In this document: positions 40,295 through 50,800 of the stretch, piece after piece
Layout: every line of letters begins with the position of its first letter
Position numbering within the stretch: position 1 is the first letter of the stretch
DNA from: Adineta vaga
Lineage: Eukaryota; Animalia; Rotifera
NCBI GenBank assembly: GCA_021613535.1
Contig: CP075494.1
Coordinates: 13,578,001 to 13,642,000, forward strand
Direction: 5' to 3'
DNA length: 64,000 nt
Translations under genes and position numbers: made by a program
The notes under the pieces: generated by a model
What the model was told of the DNA's origin: nothing
The model's database searches: none
What the model saw: only the letters and a program-made list of their open reading frames with translations

Positions 40295-43200
40295 TCATCC
40301 AACAATTCCAGTTAATTCTTCTAACGTAGCAGTTTCTAAGTACACATTGTATTCTTCTTGACGTTTTTCGCTTGCAAGTGCGTACGCATTTGCACGTGAA
40401 TTTATCATGATCTTCAATTTTTTTGCTGTAGCCGTTGTATCGTTCGACATTTTTTGCATGTGAGCTGTTCGTTCTTCATCTGTTGACACACCAAGCAAAC
40501 CACTGACTCCAGCAATTTGATTAACCATATATTCACGTGACACGTCATAATATGTTTTTGCCATCAAAAATAGTAAATGTGCATCACCATCGATGTCTTG
40601 AGATGCTTCAACAAGTAATTGAAGATAAAATTCTTTTTCATATGAATTCATATCAGCAGCTCCATTAACACCGTCCATTAATTCGATCACTGAAAGAAAT
40701 CTTTCCGCCACAGTCTATAATAATAAAAACTAATTTATCAGTTTCTACTGCGGATGAATGAAGTATTGAAAACCCATCGATTAGAGTATCTTATTGTGTG
40801 GTTAAATTTTTCGATGAATATTGAGGAAGACTGAATATAATCAGTTGCTTTCTTTTTATAGTATAACCTGTAATTGAATAATTTATGTGATACTACTCCT
40901 CTCGACAGAAATTTCTTCTTGCAAATATGATCATTCTCATGGTACTGGTATACATCTTTCATTGGCCGTTGTTGTTGCTGTTTTGTTAGCGACGCTCACC
41001 TTAAGAGATGTCTACTAAAGTTCAGTTATAACTCTGTTCGAATTCTTCGAACTCATAATTTTATAATAACATCTTATCAGAAGTCGAAAATAGTATTGAA
41101 AAAGAACAGAATAACGTCTTATTACTTTTGTCAAAATAGTTGGTATTAGATATTACTCTTTGATATGAAGAGATTAAATCGAAGAAAATATTGTAAACCA
41201 ACGATTTCGTCTATCAATGAATCTATAGGCACCTGTTCATAGCACTATTGGCAATAAATAAAGCCCCTCAAATTTGCGGAACGAACAAAAATGAACCATC
41301 TTCATTTTCAGATTATTTAAGTTACGCTATACACATTTTCTGTCGAATTTCGACCACCGGTATGAAAATGTGTAAAACTAGTGATCCAAAAATGGTCGTT
41401 TCTTTTCAGGTATGATACCGTCACAAAAGGTGCAGAATCTCAGATAAGTGTAAATAAAAATCAGAATGTAAGCATACCGTTTTTGTTGCATCTGCTTTTA
41501 TTGCAAGTTCTGAAAAAAATTCAACCATACGTTGCCATTGCTTGATAACGTCACCAACATGTCCAGCAGCTTTGCGTACGATGTCTATATATTCGTCTAA
41601 ATTCATACTATCGAGATTTGTTAAAGCAATTGAATGAATTGTATTTTCCAAGTTAGTCTGCTGAATTTGCTGTTCTAGAGTCATGTTACGATATCGTTCA
41701 TTAGCATGTTGTAATTCTGTGAGAGCTTGATCTGCTTTATCCTTCAACGCTTGATTGTATTTGCCTTGATCTGGATGAGGACGATAGTAGACTCGTTTAC
41801 ACCATCCAAACCATCCCCGATAATGATAATAAGCTTGATATCCGAGCGCATTCGCATTTTCAGGAATGGCCTAAAAATATATAGATATATATTGTTTTTA
41901 TATGTGATTATCTACGATTGAGAACAAAATTAGTAAATCTAGTGATTAAAAATACGATACAAGCGCCTTGAATATAGTAACAATAAGGCATAGAGAAAAA
42001 TTTTGAATAGAATATATCAATAAATGTTAGATGATTCGTATCACTTCATTTAAACCATACTATGTTATTCACACATATTAAGATGTTCACTTTTCTCCAT
42101 TACAAACGAAACACATCTCGATTGAACGTCTCAACATATGTAAATATCATGTACGCGTCACATATTTAATGTAGTATATATGCCACATAATATTCAAATG
42201 TTTGAAAAAACACTATCCTCTAAGTTTATGAGAGTGTCTCCTATGTTTGGAAATATCTCTCACGCTATGTTTGCTGCGTCACTAATTAAACAAATATGAT
42301 ACGTTCATCAACTTTTTTTCTATTGAAGACTAACCTGAACAGCTGCATTGTAAGCTTTCTGTTTTTCTTCTAACTCTTTCGTAATATTTGCGTATCTTTC
42401 TTTGGTATCTTGAAGATTTTTCTCCAATAGCTTTTGTGCTTCTTTTTCTTTAGCTATAGTTTCTTGAAGTTTTGCATTTTCTTTTTCTTTTTCCGATTGT
42501 GTTAGAGTATTCACTTGGGCAATTTCTAACAATAGATCCATAAGATCTTCGTATTGTTTCAATGTTGTGTTCGCTACTACAGAGCATTCATGAGTAATAC
42601 GATCGATATTATTAAGTTGTAAAGGCAATAATGATTTGATTAATTTTGATGTACCTTGACTTATAAGTTTCAATGCTGTTTTAAGATAAGTTGGTAATTG
42701 TTTCATATTCGTTTGTATACGATTCATTCCTGTGTGTGCTGCCATGAGTGCTCGGTACATTTCATTGGAAGTTTGTACAAGAGTAGCACGAAATGAATTT
42801 GGATATTTAATGTGTGTGAAATTAAATTCGGTTGTAAAAGCATAATCTTTCTTACTAGACAATGTCATAACACTGCTAACGAAATTGATCGTGGCTGGTC
42901 CACTTGACATTAACAATCCAAATTCACCATCCATTGCCGATTGTGAAATAAGTTCGTCATCCAAAGTTTCATCAAATAGTGATTTGACTGTTCTATGTGC
43001 TTTTATACGAAAAACAAAATATTATTATTGATACGTACAAAAAAGATAAGTCAGAGTTCACTGAAAATGTTCTAGGAGCTTCCAAAATTATTTCATCAAT
43101 CTTCTACTGAGGATGAGAGTGCCCGGAAAAAATAAATTCTAGTAGTTCCTCGTTTAATATCTTACCGGGAAGCATTTCAATACCACGCGTTGTATTGAAG

Positions 43201-43463
43201 AAGAAAGATGCATCGTCAATCTTAGGTAAATCTAAAATTTCAGCCATTGGCATGCGTAAAACACTTTCCATATAGGAATCACAGTAAGGATCTAGATCGC
43301 GGTTCAAAAATACGGAATAGGCAATTGATGGAAGATCATCAGAATCATCAATAACTTCTGCATTGCACCATGCACCGAGTAGAATAATTGTGATCGAAAC
43401 AAAAAATTCTGAAAAAGGTACATAACTCATATAAAATAGAAACGAAACACTTTGCTTACTCAT
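40295..43463 (-). CDS. Uncharacterised ~574-aa secreted helical/coiled-coil protein, candidate ClyA/Hbl/Nhe-like alpha-pore-forming toxin fold; exons 43463-43460, 43408-43166, ~42999-42335, 41870-41478, 40714-40295
   Basis: ATG A|GTAAGC..TTTTTCAG|AA splicing gives signal peptide MKFFVSITIILLGAWCNA. Exons sum to 1725 nt. Motifs IKYPNSFRATLVQ..AH.GM..I and QWQRMVEFF, plus long heptad helices. The exon 2/3 junction is ambiguous and the fold call is inference. Confidence 0.75.
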
Positions 43464-43513
43464 ATTTTCAATTTTAAGGTTGAAAGTTATTTTTCAATGG
43501 TCAAAAACCTTTG

Positions 43514-43521
43514 CTTTTATA
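43514..43521 (-). promoter_or_regulatory. TATA box (TATAAAAG) upstream of the secreted helical-protein gene
   Basis: Reads TATAAAAG on the minus strand ~50 nt upstream of the ATG at 43463. Confidence 0.55.
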
Positions 43522-44458
43522 GATAGTTCAAATATGAAACAGACTGAAGAAATACACCATGTTTTCTCAGAAAACATCATGTCATCGACAGTTCCATACA
43601 GATTCGTCTTCGCCGAAACGTAATCATTCCAGTCATATCTTGTAAGGTACTTGTGTTTAGCGAGAGAATACACAGCTGTTGAATAGCTAAAACAACATAA
43701 ATCATGTTTTCGACGATATTTTCACGTATTTAGGTTTCTATAGCTCCAGCTGTTTCTGATTTATCGTACCAATAATAGATAGTATTGCCCTCTTATCAGA
43801 AGGATTAAGTACCCATAAACGAAACGCAAGATACTTCTGCTATAACTAATGGATTTTGATTGATTTTAATTACCTACTTTTTTTTATCTACGTTGGGATT
43901 TGACGTGAATAATCATAGAAAGTAAATATTTAGGCAAATAGCTTCAAGCAATCTAAATTTCAGAAACTCAGATCAATTAAAATTGGTAGATTGAGGCTGA
44001 CATTCGTTTCGACTTTTTTTTTACAACAATTCATTGATTTTTTGCCACTTATCTATAATTGTATTAATTCTCTTCGTATTGTTGAAATTCAAATGCATGT
44101 TTTCATCTGACTATCATTTTTTCTGCTTATTTGTTGAACATAGTAACAATATCAATCATGCTCTAGCTAAGGTCACTATGAAAGTTAATCAGAATTGTCA
44201 GACAGTTCAAGTTAGTAGCAATGAAATCAATAATTTTCTCAATATTCAAGGTAAACACACAACAAGTTCATCTTAATGATTAATATTTTGCATACTCAAC
44301 ATGTGTGATTTTTACCATATTTATACTAAAACTTATATTTTTTGTTCGTTCGACTAACTTTCTCATATTACAACATATTTTACTTTTCGAATAGTTGATG
44401 ACTCATGAATACTTTATATTAAGAAATATGTACATCGATAATTACATAAATATTTTTT

Positions 44459-45220
44459 TCAAAAATTCGAAGTTCGACGAGCAACAACGAGTGTAACACG
44501 TCGACTATTGTTACAAATCTGTCGGATTAATTGAGCAGCCATAGAATGTGTTACCCATTGTAAATTTGCACTTGTACGATTTGTTTTGATTTCTAATAGA
44601 CGATCACCAATTTGAACTTGATTTTTCTTTGTATTCAATGCTATGAAACCATTCGGATCGATTTGAGTAATAAATAAACCACAATCGTCGTTCGCTTCAT
44701 CTAATCCTCCACGAATGGTAATACCAAGAGGTTGATCTTCTGAATCTGTTGTTAATAAAAAATCAACATATTCAATATGTAGAGGATTCACACGACGAAT
44801 ATGAAGTGTAATACATTGTCCTTGAATGCATGAAAATGCTTGAGCAGCATTATCGTGAGTAATATGAGTGAAATCAAATCTATTCATTGAAAGTATTCGA
44901 TCAAAAAGACGAAGTTTACTTCGTCCATTATCTTTCAATGCATTTGAACAATGTTCAATATGTGTAATAACAATAGCTCGTCCGTCAATTGTATCAATGC
45001 CACCACTTATCACAAATCCATATTTATTTGAAAAATCCGATAAAGGTGTAATTTCGATAATTTCATCTTTCCAATCATTTTCTATCGGTTGTTGTTGTTG
45101 TTGCTGTACACATGATGAATAAGGTGGTGGTGGTGATTCTTCTAGATATAAGTTCTGTGTATCATCAGTACATTTATTTCGATCGAATATATGATGATAG
45201 GTACGTTGCTGTTTTTTCAT
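44459..45220 (-). CDS. Double-PDZ protein (Dlg PDZ1/2-like) with an N-terminal PPxY motif, 253 aa, intronless CDS
   Basis: KYGFVISGGID..DRILSMN..THDNAAQAF; PLGITIRGGLD..GLFITQIDPNG..IGDRLLEI; SPPPPYS. Confidence 0.88.
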   Translation of the reverse strand: MKKQQRTYHHIFDRNKCTDDTQNLYLEESPPPPYSSCVQQQQQQPIENDWKDEIIEITPLSDFSNKYGFVISGGIDTIDGRAIVITHIEHCSNALKDNGRSKLRLFDRILSMNRFDFTHITHDNAAQAFSCIQGQCITLHIRRVNPLHIEYVDFLLTTDSEDQPLGITIRGGLDEANDDCGLFITQIDPNGFIALNTKKNQVQIGDRLLEIKTNRTSANLQWVTHSMAAQLIRQICNNSRRVTLVVARRTSNF

Positions 45221-45522
45221 ATTATTAGTTGGACTCTATCACGTAAGAAACTGTCGGATAAAAAGAAATGAGAATTCTGTCGATTGAAAAATATTTGTTA
45301 AAGCCTATCGAGCGGATTCAATGAAATTACGATGAATCATCAATGCGAATCAGTTTGTTTCTAGTCATATGAATAAATAAATCGTCTAGAGATTCTTTCG
45401 TTCGTTCGTTCGTTTCAGTTCGATAATATGATTCATCTATTTAATCGTTTTATTATTCTATTCTAAAACAAAATCGATAATTACAGAAAAACAAGAATCA
45501 ATTTTTTATCAAACGAAATGTT

Positions 45523-46221
45523 TTAATTCTGTATTGGATGTGCAATTATAAGTGTTAAATGTGTTGATTCATTTCTCATTTGTTTTATTAATTTCAAAGC
45601 ATGATCTAAATCAATACACTGTAGATTAATCGTTACATGTGTATTACTAATTTGTACTAAACGATCACCAATTCGTAGACGACCATTATTTGCTGCGAGT
45701 CCTCTCGGTTTAATACCGACAACGAATAAACCTGAATCATTATTTTGATTTTTTTCTATTCCACCATCGATTGTAAAGCCAAGTTTAGGTGAATCAATGA
45801 AACTTTTCTTATGTAAATCGAATTGAACTGTTTCAAGAGTTGTTGGTTGTAATCGACGAATACGAAATTTGACTAGTTTACCTTGATGTGCATTAAGAAT
45901 ACATTGAGCTGCTTCTTTTGGCATATTGATAAAATTCATATCATTCAATGAAAGAATAATATCAAATGGATGAAGTAATCCATTTTTATAAAGAACGTTC
46001 GTTATAACAATGGAATGATTGAATTTATCAATAGAAATCGACGAAGAATTTTTTTGTAGAACTTTTTCGGGTATTAAAACATCAATATCGAATTCAATCC
46101 ATTGCTCATCATGAACAATATTTCTCATCGATTTTTCATATGGTGCTGATGGATTCATCATTTCTTCTACTTGCATTAATTGTTCATGAAGTAAATGCCA
46201 AGGATTGCTCGTTGATACCAT
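45523..46221 (-). CDS. Double-PDZ paralog, 232 aa, intronless CDS; first PDZ degenerate
   Basis: KLGFTIDGGIE..GLFVVGIKPRGLAANNGRLRIGDRLVQI; first domain keeps LLHPFDIILSLND..KEAAQCIL; same layout as the neighbouring gene. Confidence 0.87.
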   Translation of the reverse strand: MVSTSNPWHLLHEQLMQVEEMMNPSAPYEKSMRNIVHDEQWIEFDIDVLIPEKVLQKNSSSISIDKFNHSIVITNVLYKNGLLHPFDIILSLNDMNFINMPKEAAQCILNAHQGKLVKFRIRRLQPTTLETVQFDLHKKSFIDSPKLGFTIDGGIEKNQNNDSGLFVVGIKPRGLAANNGRLRIGDRLVQISNTHVTINLQCIDLDHALKLIKQMRNESTHLTLIIAHPIQN

Positions 46222-47023
46222 ATCTTTTTCTTCTTTACCTTGCTGAATAACTCACTAGTGAACCTTACGTTTGATATCAACGAGTAAATGCAAATAGTCT
46301 CTTATCTGTTCTTTGTAACAAGATTGCTTAGATTTGAATCATATTTGAATGATTTCCTATCTTTTATTTCCAATTTTATCTTCATCACCACGAACACATT
46401 TGCGAACAGAAAAAAAAAGAAAGAAAGAAAGAAAGAAAGAAAGAAAAAAAAGGAAAAGAAAAAGAATCAATCCTCTCTCAGCTCATCTCCAGAATTGATG
46501 AAATCGTTTTAGATATCACTAGTAAACGTTAACTAGAAAATAATAATAAAGTAATAGACTGACAAGAAAAAGAAAACGAACAAAGCATAAAAACTTCTGT
46601 ACATTATTTCTCCCTCATCTCTTTCCGAAATTGTCTTGTTTTGTAGAAAACACGCACACAAACATGTTTGCTAAATTCTAAGTATCGATAGGTATATATA
46701 TGCATGTATATATGTATAAAAAAAATAATGTATAACAAATAATGAAGAGAAGAAGACAAAAAAAAGAGAGAAAAAGGCTCAAATTGAGATATGAGATAGA
46801 GATGATTGAACCATCTCTTCTAATTTGTGTGTAGAATAGCAAACAATGAAGAAGAAGAAGAAGAAAAAAAAATGAAAGAAACAAAGCAGAAAAGACACGT
46901 CACAACAAAATGAATGCAAGCGTATACTGTAAAAAAAAAGAAGAGAGGGAGAAAGAGAGAAAAGAAGAACGTTTGATTTGACTAGAGATGAGGAAGAAAA
47001 ACAAACGGAAGATCGAGCAATAT

Positions 47024-47810
47024 TCACGGATACATAATATCTTCGATTTTCTTCAGTAATTCTTTTGTATATTCAATTGCTTGTTCAGCTTGTGCTAAAA
47101 AACAAGAAAAAGTTATTAAAAAGAATGGACAAATTAATCTTCGACTTACAAACAGTGAATACTTCAGCTGGAATTTTAGCAAATCGTGCTGCATTAGGAT
47201 ATTGCATTCGATTTGGATCACCGATCCATTTATATAATTTATAACCAATTTCTCGTACATCATTATCAACACCGATTAATAAACCTGGAATATCTGCCGT
47301 CATATTTTTGCCAGTATCTTTATAATAATGATACGCTTTCAAGGCTTTTTCAGCCGCCTAGAAGACAAAAAATTTATCAACATATTCTATTATATCACCA
47401 GACATATTCTTTAAGTGTAGGTTTTGTTGATGTAGAAACTATCTTTATTATCATTCTCATCTGTCACCTTGTCTCTTATCGTCTACATTGTTCGAGTTTA
47501 TTTAACATACTGATTGTTCTCATTCATATTGCATAATCTTTACTTTTAATATTCTATTTACTCATTAACTAAAGAGCACTTTATTATTGATTCTATCTTT
47601 GTATAAACAATCAACACAATAATTTACTTTATTCATCATAATGATTGTATACTTCATATTTTAACTACGAAGAATATTCTCATGGAGAAACTTACGCGAT
47701 AACATTTATAACAAGCCCAATCATATGCCACTTGTCCTGTCGATGAGTGCATATCACTATATGAACTTTCGAGATCATGTTGTGCTTGTTTAAGCCATCG
47801 ATCAGCTTCT
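47024..47810 (-). other. HEPN domain of the sacsin-like protein, spread over the last three exons
   Basis: Spliced translation EADRWLKQAQHDLESS..AYDWACYKCYRAAEKALKAY..NRMQYPNAARFAKIPAEVFTVSQAEQAIEYTKELLKKIEDIMYP*. Confidence 0.87.
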
Positions 47811-50800
47811 GATTGTTGATAATTACGTTTTCGACGTGCATTTGGACTTTCTTCTATAAAAATAAGACAAGAAAAAAATAAATAAATATCATTTGCAAAA
47901 CTAAATGTTCAAGTCAATATAACTAAAAGCTTTCTACAATAATGAATAGTTCCACATCTACCCAAAAAAAAGAAAGCAACGAGCACTCACCAAAAATAGG
48001 ATCGGAAACTAATATGAAAGAAAGAAAGAACGAAATAATAAACATATAAACAATACATCATTCTGTGCGTGTGTTGACTACATGCAAAAAATGAACTAGA
48101 AGAAAAAACAGCAAACTTACTTCCTCCAGTTGATGATGATGGTTGAGTATTTGTACCATTCGTTGTCGTATTCGTATTATTTGTCGTATTTTCTTCTGTG
48201 GGAGTAAAAAATCCATGACGTCTTTGAAAACCATGTTGACGTCGATATTGCCATTCTTCACGTGCTGTACGAAATGACGATGATCGATGTGGACTAAATC
48301 GACTTTTCGTTCCATTTGGATCTGTATTCTCGGCATGATCTTTTGGTATATCTTGATAACTACGTTTCGTATCATCCGTTGAATCTTTATTTAAATTATC
48401 AAAACTACCAAAACGTTCATCACCAGTTGTTGCTGATGATGAACTTTGATGATGATCACTTTTTGTCGTATTCGAATATTTATTCCAACTAAATCTTGGA
48501 TCCGATGTTGAAAATGGTGTATGTTGAAAATTATTGAATGTATTGAAAAATGATGTTAAGGGATCATTTTCGAAATGATCAATTTGTTTACGTAGATGTT
48601 TGAATACTTCAGCAGCGAAACGTTCACGACCGGGATTTTTATCTGGATGCCATTTTAATAGAAGTTTTTTGACTGTTTTCTTACGTTCTTGTCCTGTTAA
48701 TTGATAGGCTTGTCGAACAGCATTGTAGATTTCGGTTTTCGTTAATTCTAATTCAGTTTTATCGATCATATCTTGTTCATTGGTTTGTGTTGATTCAGAC
48801 TCGGATTGAGATTCGGACGTTGCATTACCTGAGGAGTCACTATCTGCAGATGTTTGAGTTTTGAAATTATCGAAACCATTTGTTGAATGATTGAAATCAT
48901 TGGTAGATTCACCAGCATGATTCGTTTTTCCTGTACGTTTGGAAGAGGAAGAAGTTTTTTCATCGTTGAATTTATCTTTATCACCATTTTTGCCTATAGA
49001 CGACACACGCACAGTGAATCACATGGGTTAAATGTAGGATGAGGGAAAGGAAGAGAGACCGAATGTAAAGTTTTGGTAAGGCAAAGAAATCTCTTTTTTC
49101 GGGGAAATATTATGTTTTGTTCTTCATGTAGAATATTGAAACTATTCAATCTCGAAAGCTCTTAATGAATTCAATCAACACTTCTAACGCAGTTAGTATT
49201 ATTCAATCACTTATTTTCAATGACTTCTACTTTTTCTCTTGTGATAATCACACATGTAAGAAGAAGCAATCATAAGCAACGGATTTAGATATTAAAGCAA
49301 CACATATACATATATACATATATACATATACATGAATGAATAACAAATTGTTATTCGTTCAGTTATATATACATATATATATGAATATCATTCGGTCTCT
49401 GATTGAATAAAGTCTCTTTGTTTTTTCTTCTTTCCTACCTTGTGTCGTTGTCGTTGATGATTTGAATGAATCTCGTTCGTCAACTGGTTTTGTATGTACA
49501 GCATCGAATATTCTTGACCAATGTTCGAGTACATAGAAATTTGATGCTTCTATTTTTTGTGTTTCATTCGCATCATTAATTTTACATACAAATACATAAG
49601 ATAATGTTGAATCTGATTTCTTCCATGACCATTCATCTTGATTATTATCTTGTTCATTAGTAGATTCTTTAAGAATCTTTTCTACTTCACAATAAATATA
49701 AAGATCATTCATACGATAAACACATAAATCTCCTGGTAAGATTTGATGTAAATCAATATTAAATTGTTGTAATTGTTCAATATCATCACCATAAACATTA
49801 CCTGGCGATGGAATATATTGTAATTTAAGTATTGATAAGATATTTTCTTCTGTCGCAACATTGACTAAATTCAATAATTTTGCCATTTGTCCAATTGTTG
49901 TAGCTAATAGTGCAGCCATAACCGAATTATCCAATTGTAATTCAGATAGACCCAAACATGGACTTAAAGCACGTGCAAGACATAATGTAAAATAAGGTTG
50001 TTCAGTATGTTTCATACTGATATATAGAATAACATTTTCTTCACCTTCAACAACTAAATAAACGGCTTTTTCATCGACCGATTGATCAAGTTTTTGTTGT
50101 GTCTTCTTATAGATAAGATTGGTTTCTAAATATTCCACGCATGTAACTTTAACAAAAGTTAAACGTTGTCGAATTAAATTTTCTACATCATCAATCGAAA
50201 TAATCTTAGGATTTTGTTGTCGTGCAACATGATTTGCAATAACACGTGCCATACAACGATGTAAATGACGTGAAGATAATAATTGATTATATTTTCTTTC
50301 GAGATTAAATAGAAAACGTTGACGATGAGATTCTTCATCTTCAGGTATTGTTATTGAAAATGATTCTTCATATTTCTGACTAAATAAAACCGGACGTTGA
50401 CTAACGAAGATTTTATCAATAATATCTTTAATATTTGTTGTTGCCGTATTTGTTTTCGGATTTGCTGCTGCTGCTGATGATGGATTCGCATCAAGTTTAA
50501 GAACACGTTCATTTGGATTGAACATAAATTTATCTTGATTTAATTTCGTTATATAATCAATTTTCGTTCGATCATCCATAATGACAATATCGTTCGATTT
50601 AATAAGTTTAAAATCATTCGAAACAAAATAAAGACCAGGTAATTTTGTCTGTGGAGTTATCGTCGTACTTGTTGATAGATATTTAAAAAAACATTCCATT
50701 GCTTTCAATGATTTACATAATTCATTGGAATTTAAATAATCTTGTTCACAAACTTTCGATAATTTTCTTAGAATATCTCCGTATAACATCGGATGTGGTT

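Noticed and set aside
43559-43577. Palindrome ATGTTTTCT-C-AGAAAACAT upstream of the secreted helical gene
   Set aside because: A short AT-rich inverted repeat that could arise by chance; no other evidence of function.
46288-47027. Phe- or Lys-rich small ORFs
   Set aside because: Low-complexity 3' UTR or intergenic sequence downstream of the sacsin-like gene.
47024-47810. HEPN domain as a prokaryote-type toxin/RNase or evidence of horizontal transfer
   Set aside because: It is the normal sacsin C-terminal HEPN, is intron-split, and shows no evident Rx4-6H catalytic motif.
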